Shown: one piece after another, positions 9,669 through 19,911 of the stretch | Position numbering within the stretch: the first letter of the stretch is position 1 | How the letters are laid out: each line of letters starts with the position of its first letter | NCBI GenBank assembly: GCA_029838195.1 | Contig: JALGVJ010000010.1 | Span: 32,001-96,000, forward strand | Length of the DNA stretch: 64,000 nucleotides | Source of the DNA: Promethearchaeota archaeon | GTDB taxonomy: Archaea; Asgardarchaeota; Lokiarchaeia; Sigyniarchaeales; SOKP01 | Reading direction: 5' to 3' | Notes under the pieces: generated by a model | Seen by the model: the letters and a program-made list of their open reading frames with translations, nothing else | What the model was told of the DNA's origin: nothing | Database searches by the model: none | Program-made: the position numbers and the translations under genes

Positions 9669-11063
9669 ATGCGTGGTCATTTAGAAGACGTGTTTTTTTA
9701 TTTGGATTTATCTAAAGAATTATTGAAGAAAAAGGATATCAAAAAAGCAATTAAATTCTATATTGAAGAAAAGAATAAAACAAGTAATCTAGGGCTATAT
9801 GGTATTTTTTTGTTCCAAAAGGATGGTAATCCTGTATTTATAACTAATAAAAGAGATCCAGAAGTACTGTTGAATGCCATTGAAGAAAATTGGAAAAATA
9901 GATTCACGGAACAGAGTTATTTTGAAAATGGCTTATTCTATATCTTTTCTTATATCGCAGAAACCATTCGAGAGCAATCCAAGTTTAATCGTGTTATTAT
10001 AATCACGGACACACCCAGCGATTTAAATGAGGAATACCAAGAAGCCTTGTTTAATTTAGTGGCTAAAATACGATTATTCCCGACCTTCGTCGATATTATT
10101 CGTGTCTCTGAAAAAAATCAAAGATTGTTCAAAGATGACGTGAAATTGAACATGCTAGCAAGGGATACAAAAGGAGGCATCTTTTATGTTCATGATAAAA
10201 ACGAATTTTTTGCCACTATGAAAAAATTAGTAAAGAACAAACAACTCATCTCAACTTTCGCCAGTGAACCTGATAAAATCGAAATCACAAAAGAGGATTA
10301 TGTTTTCTATAGTAAATTAGCTAAAAAATTGAGTCTTATAGATCCTCAAGAAGAAGCGGATTGCTTTTTCTGTCATGATACTGTTTGTCCTATTTGCGAA
10401 AACGTAGAAGATATTCCTTTAAAATGCCCTGATTGCAAAACAACTTTTCATAATTGCTGTATCATTAATCATGCCCTTCATCATAATATTGGCATTCCAA
10501 ATATCTTTCGTTGCCCGAATCCTAATTGTGACGTGCTCTTGCAGGTCAGGGCTGAAGAATTTATGGAACTTTCAGATACAACAAAGACCCCAACCTCCAT
10601 CGATGAATATCTTGAAGGCGAACAAGGTGAAAACATGATTCCTCAAGATGAATCACGGCCTTCTCTTCACTTCGATAACTCCTTAAAAGTTGAAAAATGG
10701 GTGAAGAGTGAAGAAGAAGAAACTAACACTCTTAGTATCGAAAATAGCCATGAAGAAACCTTAAAAGCTGATGTGATACAAGAAAGACATATCAGAATAG
10801 GTGGATTTTTTGGACCCGTTTTCAAGGTGAAAAAAATTGGAGATAAAATCATTTATGAACGCGCAAGTCAAACTAATAAGAATGAGTCAAAAGCCATGAT
10901 GAGAGACATCTCATCTCCAAGATCGACTTATTGGAGTCCTTCGAGAGATAAAACACGTGAAAACCGAACTAAAGTCGTGATATGTTCCGTCTGTGGAACT
11001 CAAGTCAAAATGAAAAATGAAGGCCAAAAATTTTGCCCTACTTGTGGTGAAAAACTTTTCTAA
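9669..11063 (+). CDS. vWA + C4HC3 RING/PHD-like finger + C-terminal zinc ribbon protein (paralogue 1)
   Basis: vWA strands/helices (FFYLDLS, SYFENGL, RVIIITD, VDIIRV, TKGGIFY); CxxC-x4-CxxC-x9-CxxC-x4-HxCC...CPNPNC; terminal CSVC..CPTC. Confidence 0.75.
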   Translation: MRGHLEDVFFYLDLSKELLKKKDIKKAIKFYIEEKNKTSNLGLYGIFLFQKDGNPVFITNKRDPEVLLNAIEENWKNRFTEQSYFENGLFYIFSYIAETIREQSKFNRVIIITDTPSDLNEEYQEALFNLVAKIRLFPTFVDIIRVSEKNQRLFKDDVKLNMLARDTKGGIFYVHDKNEFFATMKKLVKNKQLISTFASEPDKIEITKEDYVFYSKLAKKLSLIDPQEEADCFFCHDTVCPICENVEDIPLKCPDCKTTFHNCCIINHALHHNIGIPNIFRCPNPNCDVLLQVRAEEFMELSDTTKTPTSIDEYLEGEQGENMIPQDESRPSLHFDNSLKVEKWVKSEEEETNTLSIENSHEETLKADVIQERHIRIGGFFGPVFKVKKIGDKIIYERASQTNKNESKAMMRDISSPRSTYWSPSRDKTRENRTKVVICSVCGTQVKMKNEGQKFCPTCGEKLF

Positions 11064-11282
11064 ATTTAAATTTTTATTGAGTATAACATTGGAAACAACC
11101 ATGCTTCAAATCTTATTTATTGTATTTTTTTCTAGAGCTTCAATTTAACTTTCTCTCTTAATTTCTTTTCCTTATAATGTATTATTCGTAAAAAAAATTT
11201 TTTGATGGCTTAAAAATAAATAGCTAATTTCCCTTATTCATATTATAGATTTTAGAATATTTCGCATCTTAAAGAAACCATC

Positions 11283-12593
11283 ATGGTTGCGTCGATAAGA
11301 AAAGAAGAGATCATCTTTTTCATTAATTTAATCACGGATTATCTTCCGAAGAAAACAATATTAAAAAGCTTGCGAAATTTTATACGAGAAAAAAAAAAAT
11401 ATAGTTTAAGTAATCCCAGTTCTTTTGGCTTAGTATTATTCCAGCAAGATAGCGATCCGATTGCCATTTATGATGAACCAAATGAAGTAAAAATCCTCGA
11501 ACTTCTTGATCATGCTTGGGAATCTCGAGAAATGGAAAAAAATTCGTTTGAAAACGGATTATTCGAAATTCTCTCTTATGTTTTCAGAAAAGGAAGAGAA
11601 ATTAAAAATGTTTACCGAGTTCTCGTGATCTCTGATGCTGCAAGCACGCGCTCAGATGAGTATTACAATGCAGCGTATGAATTAATTATTAAAGCTAAAT
11701 ATTTTGATACCATTATAGATGTTATTCGTGTAGGAGACACCACTTTTTATGAAGATGAAATTCGCTTAAAAGTAATAACATCGGAATCTAATGGCGGATT
11801 GTTTTTCTGTGATGCCAAGCAATTTGATATAGTGCTTAGTTCCTTAATCCAAAGGAAATCGGAATTCCCTATTATCCAACCAACGAGAGAGGATCTAGAA
11901 AAAATGATGGAAGATAAAACATTTTACGAGAAACTCGCGGTAGATCTCATTTCTTTAGATATAGATGATGAAAGAATCTGTAGTATTTGTCAAAAAGAAA
12001 TCTGTGCCATCTGTGAATTAAATTCGGATGATTTAAGTAAGTGTTTTAATTGCGGAGCTAAATTCCATTCTTGCTGTATTACCGAATATGCCATTGCAAA
12101 TAATATTGGACTAAAGCATATCTTTAGATGCCCTAATTGTGAAACCCTTTTAAAAATTGATGAAGAATTCGCTAAAATACTATATACAGAAAAATTTGAA
12201 GAAGATATGGAAGAAAAAATTGAAAATAAAGTAGTCGAGAAAGAAATAATTGAAAATGAATTACAAGTTAATGAGAGTGGACAAGTGAAAGAAAATATAA
12301 TTAAATCCGAACTTGAAGAGGAAAAACCTCCCGAAACTCCGCAAAAAGTTGAAGAGGAAGTGATTGAGGAAAAAGAAATTACCGTTGGAGGGTATTTTGG
12401 ACCAAGAGTTAAAGTTAAAACAAAAAAGCAATTAAAAATTAAAGAGTTAGAAGAGCCCCTCCAAGAAGAAAATATTCCTGTTAGAAAGTCCATAACGTCT
12501 TTAAAGCCTCCTAGCAAGGTTAAAATTTGCCCAATTTGTGGCGCTAATATTTTTAACTCTTTTAAATGTAATAATTGTGGATATCGTTTCTAA
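11283..12593 (+). CDS. vWA + C4HC3 RING/PHD-like finger + C-terminal zinc ribbon protein (paralogue 2)
   Basis: Same motifs as 9669-11063 (SFENGL, RVLVISD, IDVIRVG, SNGGLFF, CSIC..CAIC..CFNC..HSCC..CPNC, GGYFGP, CPIC..CNNC). Confidence 0.75.
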   Translation: MVASIRKEEIIFFINLITDYLPKKTILKSLRNFIREKKKYSLSNPSSFGLVLFQQDSDPIAIYDEPNEVKILELLDHAWESREMEKNSFENGLFEILSYVFRKGREIKNVYRVLVISDAASTRSDEYYNAAYELIIKAKYFDTIIDVIRVGDTTFYEDEIRLKVITSESNGGLFFCDAKQFDIVLSSLIQRKSEFPIIQPTREDLEKMMEDKTFYEKLAVDLISLDIDDERICSICQKEICAICELNSDDLSKCFNCGAKFHSCCITEYAIANNIGLKHIFRCPNCETLLKIDEEFAKILYTEKFEEDMEEKIENKVVEKEIIENELQVNESGQVKENIIKSELEEEKPPETPQKVEEEVIEEKEITVGGYFGPRVKVKTKKQLKIKELEEPLQEENIPVRKSITSLKPPSKVKICPICGANIFNSFKCNNCGYRF

Positions 12594-12713
12594 AAATTGA
12601 TTTTCTTTTTTTTTCCTTCATTTTTTTCAAAATCATCTTTTCAATCAAGTCAATTTTAAAATTAAAAATATCTTAATCAATCATAATTATTATAGTGAAT
12701 TTAATATTTAATA

Positions 12714-13286
12714 ATGGAGCTCACACCTCGCAAGATACTCGAGGATTTGAAGAAGAATCTCATGAATGAGAAAATGGCAATGGATTTGTTAATTTATTTT
12801 TTAGAACATGTGAATGATGATGAGATACGGGTAGAAAGTTTAAAAGCAATTAAAAAGATCAACTATTCTAATGAAAAGCTATTTGCACTTTTAGAATATT
12901 TGATGATTTCAGATATTAAAGAAGAAATTAGAAAGCTCTCCTTTAATATCCTCGTGAGCAAGTTTCCAAAAGAGAAAATTATTAAACCGCTTTTATATGC
13001 TATTCAACACGAGAAGAATGCATTATTAATACAACTAGTTGATTACTTAGCAAAAGTTAACGGTTTTTTATGTAAAATTTCCTTAGTTAAAAAACTCTTA
13101 TCGTTAGAATCGGCATGTTTAGAATACTTCCAAGATTATTCTTACTTGATGCGTCAATCTTTAGAGGAATTACAATTGATTCTCTTGAGATATTTATTCA
13201 ACAAATCTTCTGAATCCTTGTATTTTCATAGAAGAAAAATTGTTCTTGCCTTAGACGAACAAGATCTTGATCTTTTTATAAAATGA
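12714..13286 (+). CDS. HEAT-repeat-like helical protein
   Basis: DDEIRVESLKAI and ISDIKEEIRKLSF HEAT-like units. Confidence 0.65.
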   Translation: MELTPRKILEDLKKNLMNEKMAMDLLIYFLEHVNDDEIRVESLKAIKKINYSNEKLFALLEYLMISDIKEEIRKLSFNILVSKFPKEKIIKPLLYAIQHEKNALLIQLVDYLAKVNGFLCKISLVKKLLSLESACLEYFQDYSYLMRQSLEELQLILLRYLFNKSSESLYFHRRKIVLALDEQDLDLFIK

Positions 13287-13292
13287 GGAAGA

Positions 13293-13566
13293 TTACTCAA
13301 GGAATGTAATTTTAACATTAAGTGCTCGTCCTTCTTGAATTAATTGGGTTTCAAGTTCGCCGGGAGAAATGCGTGCTCCTTACACGATGGCAGAATAATA
13401 TACGGTTTTCTGATCTTTTTCTAAAACGTTCCCCTCACCATGAATGATGGAGAATCATAATTCTCCTAAAATAGATGCTATTTGTCCTAACGCACCAAGA
13501 ACATCCTCAATGGATATTTCAAGTTTTAATACTTGCTGATTTTCAACCCACCCTAATGAGCTGCAT
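13293..13566 (-). pseudogene. degraded stand-alone ACT-domain gene
   Basis: Minus strand reads LGWVENQQVLKLEISIEDVLGALGQIASILGEL*FSIIHGEG...SAIV*GARISPGELETQLIQEGRALNVKITFLE*; two in-frame stops and no in-frame start. Confidence 0.6.
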
Positions 13567-13616
13567 GATCTTTATTACTTTTACTTCTGAGTTCCTTTTA
13601 TTTTATAATCTTGCCA

Positions 13617-14924
13617 TTAAAAGGTGATTAAGTCAATACCCAACAATGATGCTAATCTCATTAATTTACTTCCATGGGTTCCACGAGCAATGATCCAATG
13701 ATGTCCTAAGCCGGCCTCTTCCACGATGTTTAAAAAATCTGGGATGCTTACCGGTAATCTCACCTTAATGGGATTTCCAGGAAAGATGAGCTCTGTTTCA
13801 AGAGCTACTCCCTCTAAAACACCCATTCTATAAGTCCCCTTTCTCCCGACTAGATTTGCCATTGTCACTTTACCGGTTTGAGAAGGAAAAAGAACACAAG
13901 TCCCTTTATTTGCTAAACGTACGTGTGCCAATTCAATAGCCCGTGGCGAGCTTGCTAATTTAAAAGAACCGCATCCACAATGACTACCTAATAAACAATT
14001 TTCTTGTTCAAAAAAATATAATAAATCTATGTTATGAACGGGCTCACCTGAAAATTTCATGAGAATATACATTAAGATTAATGAATTGAGATCTCCTTCA
14101 CATGCGCCAGGAATTCCCTCATCAGCTAAAAGGCTGAAAGCAAGGCACGCTTCCCCCATGTGAGAGGGATAACATTGAATCGTGATCCCACTCCATTGTC
14201 CGGATTCGATTATCTCTTTTAAGGCAAAATAATTTTTTATTGCCATTATTCCATCAGTATCCGTAATTGAAATCTTTCCTACTCGAGATTTTATTTCTTC
14301 CCAAGTGCTCATTACCATGACATCAGTGAATTTCTTAGATATTTCACGGAATTTCTCAAATGCAATGGATTCAACCCTCGGACCGATTATTTCTCGAATG
14401 GAAAATTCATCACATGCTACTTCTAACATGCCTTGAGTTCGAGTGCCAATTTGACCTAATCGTATCCTTTTCAATTGATTCCTCAAAGCAACACATTGAG
14501 CATATTCCATGATTTTTTGAAGGGCTCTCTCATCCTCGCCGTAAACGAAAATGCATTCTTTCCCTAATTCTTTAAAAATCATGTTAAATTGCTGACCACC
14601 GCATAAACTCCCGGCATGAAGATGAGAATACGTCCAAAAAATATAAGGCACTTCACATTCTGAAAAGATTTCGAGTAGAAGTTCATCGGAACTCCATGTA
14701 GCAAGTTTTAAGCATGCTACATCTACCCCAACTTGTTTAAATTTCCTTCCGACTTTAATTGCTGAGTTTAAATCTTTAATTAGATCATCGGCTACAACAA
14801 TTTCAAGGTCTTTTTTTGAGGTTAATATTGCTTTTCCATTTTCAAAGATCTCTTGAGCCATATCGGCGTTCTCTTCAAATGGATGGAAGATCACGGCAAA
14901 TCCAATTTTTGGAATAATTTTCAT
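13617..14924 (-). CDS. L-fucose/L-arabinose isomerase family protein
   Basis: GSLCG, ACEGD, GSHCG, GKVTMANL and GLGHHW motifs. Confidence 0.85.
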   Translation of the reverse strand: MKIIPKIGFAVIFHPFEENADMAQEIFENGKAILTSKKDLEIVVADDLIKDLNSAIKVGRKFKQVGVDVACLKLATWSSDELLLEIFSECEVPYIFWTYSHLHAGSLCGGQQFNMIFKELGKECIFVYGEDERALQKIMEYAQCVALRNQLKRIRLGQIGTRTQGMLEVACDEFSIREIIGPRVESIAFEKFREISKKFTDVMVMSTWEEIKSRVGKISITDTDGIMAIKNYFALKEIIESGQWSGITIQCYPSHMGEACLAFSLLADEGIPGACEGDLNSLILMYILMKFSGEPVHNIDLLYFFEQENCLLGSHCGCGSFKLASSPRAIELAHVRLANKGTCVLFPSQTGKVTMANLVGRKGTYRMGVLEGVALETELIFPGNPIKVRLPVSIPDFLNIVEEAGLGHHWIIARGTHGSKLMRLASLLGIDLITF

Positions 14925-15121
14925 GATACCTCTTTTCTCTTTTTAACAATTTAGATGATTTTATTAAAGAAATTTAAATTTTAAAAATAATTAATGATAC
15001 TCGAAATAAGTAAGCTATTAAATATCACACACACATCCTTTATGTTTTTAGTAACTCTTTTAAAGAATTATTCATTAAAAAAGTAGTAAAAAAATTAAAA
15101 CATCAGAAAAAGTGATGGAAA

Positions 15122-15907
15122 ATGGATAATTTTGCCATGGTACGAAATTTTGATCAAGCCGGATATTATGAAACACGCATGATCTTACTGATTTTTGCCT
15201 TAGCCTTATCTCTTTATTTCATGACTAAAAAAAAGGATAAAAATTATATTGTTATTTTTCTTAGCTCCGCTATTTTCTTCAGTATCGTAGAATTAATCAT
15301 GACAATTTTGGGGATGAGAGCAGAAAATTGGACTATTTCGATTTTTGGCTTAATAATTCCCTCTTATTTAACGTGGATTGTCCAAGGCTTTGGTGAAGGG
15401 TGTATTTATGGAGTCTCTGGATTTTTATTCTTAGACATGTATTTAAAGAGAGCAGATAAAACCGAATATAATTTACGCCGAAATTTATTCATTGTCGATA
15501 TGGTGCTAGTTTTTGGTTGCTCCATTATTATTGGAATTGTAGCCTATAAGAGACCCATAACTTCGGTGAGGCCCATGTTTGGCGTGGTTCAATTTCTATA
15601 TTTAACGTCCGTCATCATCATAAGTATTATTTTAGCAAAATTTTATGGAGGTCCAGGTTTCTTTAAGATGCTTGCTTATTATTTATTAGGATCCTTTCTT
15701 TTTATAGTCATTAATCTTGAATTCTTGCAGTTCATCGATGTAAGATATATTGGTGTATTAAGAGAGGACGGAACGGTTGTAAAAGCAAATCTTGGATATC
15801 AGATTCTTATCATGGTTTATTCCTATTTATACGAAATTACCCTTCCACGAGCCCATTATCTCGTTGTCCCAGTCGCTTTAGGTCTTATTAAACTTGAGAA
15901 AAAATGA
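15122..15907 (+). CDS. hypothetical multi-pass membrane protein
   Basis: 261-aa ORF with about 7 hydrophobic segments. Confidence 0.7.
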   Translation: MDNFAMVRNFDQAGYYETRMILLIFALALSLYFMTKKKDKNYIVIFLSSAIFFSIVELIMTILGMRAENWTISIFGLIIPSYLTWIVQGFGEGCIYGVSGFLFLDMYLKRADKTEYNLRRNLFIVDMVLVFGCSIIIGIVAYKRPITSVRPMFGVVQFLYLTSVIIISIILAKFYGGPGFFKMLAYYLLGSFLFIVINLEFLQFIDVRYIGVLREDGTVVKANLGYQILIMVYSYLYEITLPRAHYLVVPVALGLIKLEKK

Positions 15908-16150
15908 GAAATTATTTTCATGATATTATTTCACATATTTTCATTAAGATATAACAATTTTTATTATATTCAATCAAATCTTAACAAGGCTGAATTATAT
16001 TATTAGCCAACATTAATCCTTTAATTATTTTTCTCTCATTGGTTAATCTTCTCTTATTAAATTCATTCAATAGATTCAAGAAAAATTCTTCATTTCAATT
16101 CTTATTAAATACAACTTACACGTGTAAAAATTATCATAAATCGTTAAAAA

Positions 16151-17164
16151 ATGTTTAAAAAACCAAGAGTTTTATCTTATGGATTAGGTGTAATAGGAAA
16201 GAAAATTCTTAAGCAACTTCTTTCCACGGATAGATTTGAAGTAGTCGGGGCTATTGATATTAATAAAGAGATCGTGGGAAAAGATCTCGGGGATGTATTA
16301 AAGTTAGGAAAAAAGCTAAATGTAATTATTTCTAACGATCCTGAAAGTGAACTCTCAGAAAAAAAACCCGATATCGTCATTCACACCACGCAATCCTATC
16401 TAAGGCAGGTTTATTCCCAATTAGAAGGCATTGTTAAAAAAGGCGTGAATGTTATTTCTACTTGTGAAGAATTAGCAAATCCATACATCTCTTCTCCTAA
16501 TTTAGCAGCAAAACTCGATGTCATGGCAAAACAAAAAAATGTTTCTATATTAGGCACGGGGATTAATCCGGGATTTTTAATGGATTACCTTCCCCTAGTA
16601 TTAACGGGACCTTGTGCTCGAGTGGATAAAATTGAGGTAATAAGACAGATTAATGCCTCAACCAGGCGATTACCTTTTCAAAAGAAAATCGGAGCAGGAT
16701 TAACTCGAGAAGAATTTGTTCTTAAAATAAAAGAAGGAAGCATCACTGGGCATGTTGGACTTGAACAATCGCTGGCCATGATTGCTGCGGGCTTAAATTG
16801 GAAATTAGAACAGATTGAAATCGAAGAAAGTAAACCAATAATTTCTGAAGAGGGCGTTTCAAGTGAATTCCTCAAAGTTAAAGCTGGAGATGCTTGTGGC
16901 CTTACTCAAAAAGCACGGGGCTTCATGAAAGGGGAGGAAAAAATTTCATTGGATTTTAGAGCATGGTTGGGCGCACCAGAAGAATTTGATTCAATCACTA
17001 TCACGGGAGTTCCAAGTTTTACTCAAAAAATAATACCTTGCGTGCAAGGAGATATTGGAACGGTTTCCATGATAATTAATTCCATTCCTCGAATAATTGA
17101 CGCTCATCCGGGATTAATTCTAATGAAAGATCTTCCTCCGCCCATTTCACTTTCAGGACTATAA
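16151..17164 (+). CDS. 2,4-diaminopentanoate dehydrogenase (Ord)/DapB-like NAD(P)-dependent oxidoreductase
   Basis: GLGVIG Rossmann motif, NVISTCEE, LGTGINPGFLMD, GHVGL, GDIGT. Confidence 0.8.
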   Translation: MFKKPRVLSYGLGVIGKKILKQLLSTDRFEVVGAIDINKEIVGKDLGDVLKLGKKLNVIISNDPESELSEKKPDIVIHTTQSYLRQVYSQLEGIVKKGVNVISTCEELANPYISSPNLAAKLDVMAKQKNVSILGTGINPGFLMDYLPLVLTGPCARVDKIEVIRQINASTRRLPFQKKIGAGLTREEFVLKIKEGSITGHVGLEQSLAMIAAGLNWKLEQIEIEESKPIISEEGVSSEFLKVKAGDACGLTQKARGFMKGEEKISLDFRAWLGAPEEFDSITITGVPSFTQKIIPCVQGDIGTVSMIINSIPRIIDAHPGLILMKDLPPPISLSGL

Positions 17165-17216
17165 AAACGATAAAAATGATAACAGGGAACTAAAAAAATA
17201 AGAGAAAATTTATTTG

Positions 17217-17666
17217 TTAATCGTTTTTTACCTTTTTATCTATTTTTAATCTAAATCGGGCAAATATCGTAAGAATTACTCCGAGAAAGCCATAACTTCC
17301 ATTAAGGATTCCAAGAAAAATTCCGAACAGATCAGAAAGTAAAGATCCTGCTATTAAACTCGTGGTAATAAAAATTAATAGCCCTATTGACCCCATTCCT
17401 GCTCCTAATCCGATTATGAATTTACCTAAACGATATTGATTTAATGTAATTATAAGGGCTCCACCAATAACAGAAATCCCTCCCCCCGTTGCTATGATGG
17501 AGAAGATTAGAAGTATGATTGAAAATGTTAAAGCGGATTCTGGACCGATAATGCTGGATGCTATTCCGAATATTAAAATAAAAAAAGATACATTGCCCAC
17601 GATGGAACTGATAAGCATTAAAATTCCGCCAATAATGCATGTAATTATCCATTTTTTATTTTCCAA
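17217..17666 (-). CDS. small Gly-rich 4-TM membrane protein
   Basis: Four hydrophobic segments. Confidence 0.7.
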   Translation of the reverse strand: MENKKWIITCIIGGILMLISSIVGNVSFFILIFGIASSIIGPESALTFSIILLIFSIIATGGGISVIGGALIITLNQYRLGKFIIGLGAGMGSIGLLIFITTSLIAGSLLSDLFGIFLGILNGSYGFLGVILTIFARFRLKIDKKVKND

Positions 17667-17869
17667 GGGGTAATCCCTCTTGAATTATTTATCATTTAAT
17701 CTTTTTAACTATGATATATTTAGTCATTTTTCATTAAAAATTTTAAAGGAGAAAATTTTTTTCTCCTTCACCATGAATTTTTGTAATGATATTTTTTTTG
17801 TGAACTTATTTTTACATAATTTGAAGCTTATGAAAGTAATAAATTGGAAAAAAAAGAATAGGAGTAAGA

Positions 17870-18649
17870 ATGAAAAGTGATGACATGACAAAAAATAAAG
17901 AAACCGTTGGAGCCAATTCCATAATAGGAATTCTAGGTGGCATGGGCCCAGAAGCGACAGTCTATCAATACCAATTAATTGTGAAACATACCCCCGTATC
18001 TAAAGATCAAGACCATGTTCCAACCATTATATATTCAAATCCATTAATTCCAGACCGCACCGAAAGTATTCTTACTAATTCGCATGAAAAAATAATAAAA
18101 GAACTCATCAAAACGGCTAAAGTATTAGAATCCGCAGGAGCCAGTTTTATTATCATTCCATGCAATACTGCTCACTATTATTTAGAGCATGTTCAAAAAG
18201 CCATTTCCATTCCGATTATTGACATGATTCAAATTACAGCAGAAAAAGTAAATCAAGACTTTGATAATTCAGACAAAAAAAAGAGAGAATATCGGATTGG
18301 ATTATTAGCAACTAATGGAGTTATTAAAACACGAATATATCATGAAAAATTTAAAACTCATGAAATGCAGATTTTAACGCCTAATGATGAAGACCAAGAA
18401 AAACTCATGAATATCATCCACGATATTAAAATAAATGGAATTAAAAATAGCTTAAAAAAAGATTGTATCCGAATTATAAATAATTTACAAGATAAATATC
18501 CCCTAAGCCACGTGATATTAGGATGTACGGAATTACCCTTACTTTTTCAAGGAAATAATAAAATCAACCAAACCTTGCTAATAAATCCGATGGAAATTTT
18601 GGCAAAACATCTTATAATTAATATCAAGGGAAAAATAAAAGAAAGTTGA
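17870..18649 (+). CDS. aspartate/glutamate (PLP-independent) amino-acid racemase
   Basis: GILGGMGPEAT, IPDRT, PCNTAH and LGCTELP; both catalytic Cys present. Confidence 0.92.
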   Translation: MKSDDMTKNKETVGANSIIGILGGMGPEATVYQYQLIVKHTPVSKDQDHVPTIIYSNPLIPDRTESILTNSHEKIIKELIKTAKVLESAGASFIIIPCNTAHYYLEHVQKAISIPIIDMIQITAEKVNQDFDNSDKKKREYRIGLLATNGVIKTRIYHEKFKTHEMQILTPNDEDQEKLMNIIHDIKINGIKNSLKKDCIRIINNLQDKYPLSHVILGCTELPLLFQGNNKINQTLLINPMEILAKHLIINIKGKIKES

Positions 18650-18923
18650 AAAAATTAAAAAATTCTCGTTCAAAATCTAAAATTAACTATAAGATGGCCA
18701 AAATTCTACTTTTAATTAAAGTTCCCGGAGGATATATTACATGACGATTGGAATTTTCCTCTCGTTAAAATCTATCCTAAGAAAAATCATAATTAAAACA
18801 CGTTATAGGCATCCCGGATTATTAAAGCGTGTCATTTCTAGTTGTCTTTTTTTGCCTTTAATTCTTTTTATTATTATTCAATACATTCTAATGAGAAATA
18901 AAAATAATTTTGGAAATAGAAAA

Positions 18924-19892
18924 ATGGTTGAATATGCGGATATTTTAGAAGCTTATCAAAGAATTAAAACTGAAATAAACAAAACCCCAGTAATGACCTC
19001 AAGAACATTAAATGCAATGGTGAATGCTAAAGTTTTTCTTAAATGTGAAAATTTTCAGAGAATTGGAGCTTTTAAAATGAGAGGAGCATTTAATGCCATT
19101 TCTCAATTGACAGAAGAAGAAAAAAAGCGCGGGGTAATTGCTCATTCCAGTGGAAATCATGCGCAAGCCGTGGCGTTAGCTGCGAATTTGCTCGGGGTCA
19201 AAGCTACAATTGTAATGCCTTCTACCTCTCCAAAAGTTAAAGTTAATGCCACGAGGGATACTTATGGAGCAGAAGTTGTGTTTTGTGACCCTACAATAAA
19301 AGCGAGAAGTGAAACAGCTCAAAAATTAATTGAGCAACATGGGTATACGCTCATTCATCCTTATGATAATGAGGACGTCATTGCGGGTGCTGGAACTGCT
19401 GCCCTTGAATTATTTGACCAAGTTAATGGATTACAAATGGTTTTTGCTCCCGTAGGAGGTGGAGGACTCTTGAGCGGAACCTCCTTGTTCGTGAAAGGAT
19501 ATAATAAAGAAATTAAAGTTATTGGAGTTGAACCAAAAAATGTAGACGACGCATATCGTTCCTTTATATCGGGTAAAATTGAGGTAAATGAAACGACAAA
19601 TTCCATTGCGGATGGATTGCTGACCAATTTGAGTGAATTAACTTTCAGCATTATCAAAAAGAATGTTGATCAAATCATTACTGTTTCTGAACGAGAGATA
19701 CTCAATGCCATGCGCTTTGCTTGGGAGAGAATGAAAATTATTATCGAGCCTTCGGGAGCATGCTCGTTAGCAGGCGTAATGTCTAAACAAATACCCGTTG
19801 AAAACAAAAAAATTGGCGTGATAATAACCGGAGGCAATGTGGATTTAACTGACTTTTTCAATCTTCTAGAAAATAAAATTTCAAATTTTTAA
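18924..19892 (+). CDS. PLP-dependent serine/threonine dehydratase-serine racemase family enzyme (true start probably 18924, not 18741)
   Basis: KCENFQRIGAFKMRGA (PLP Lys), HSSGNHAQA, PVGGGGL, TGGNVD; no C-terminal ACT domain. Confidence 0.9.
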   Translation: MVEYADILEAYQRIKTEINKTPVMTSRTLNAMVNAKVFLKCENFQRIGAFKMRGAFNAISQLTEEEKKRGVIAHSSGNHAQAVALAANLLGVKATIVMPSTSPKVKVNATRDTYGAEVVFCDPTIKARSETAQKLIEQHGYTLIHPYDNEDVIAGAGTAALELFDQVNGLQMVFAPVGGGGLLSGTSLFVKGYNKEIKVIGVEPKNVDDAYRSFISGKIEVNETTNSIADGLLTNLSELTFSIIKKNVDQIITVSEREILNAMRFAWERMKIIIEPSGACSLAGVMSKQIPVENKKIGVIITGGNVDLTDFFNLLENKISNF

Positions 19893-19911
19893 TTTCTTAT
19901 TTTGGAAGATA

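Noticed and set aside
13293-13566. In-frame TGA as possible selenocysteine or readthrough
   Set aside because: The TGA sits at a Gly-type position, a TAA follows in the same frame and the start is out of frame, so it is ordinary decay
18741-18923. 61-aa hydrophobic N-terminal extension on the dehydratase ORF
   Set aside because: Family homology begins at MVEYADI (18924); the extension is AT-rich promoter-like DNA that happens to be open
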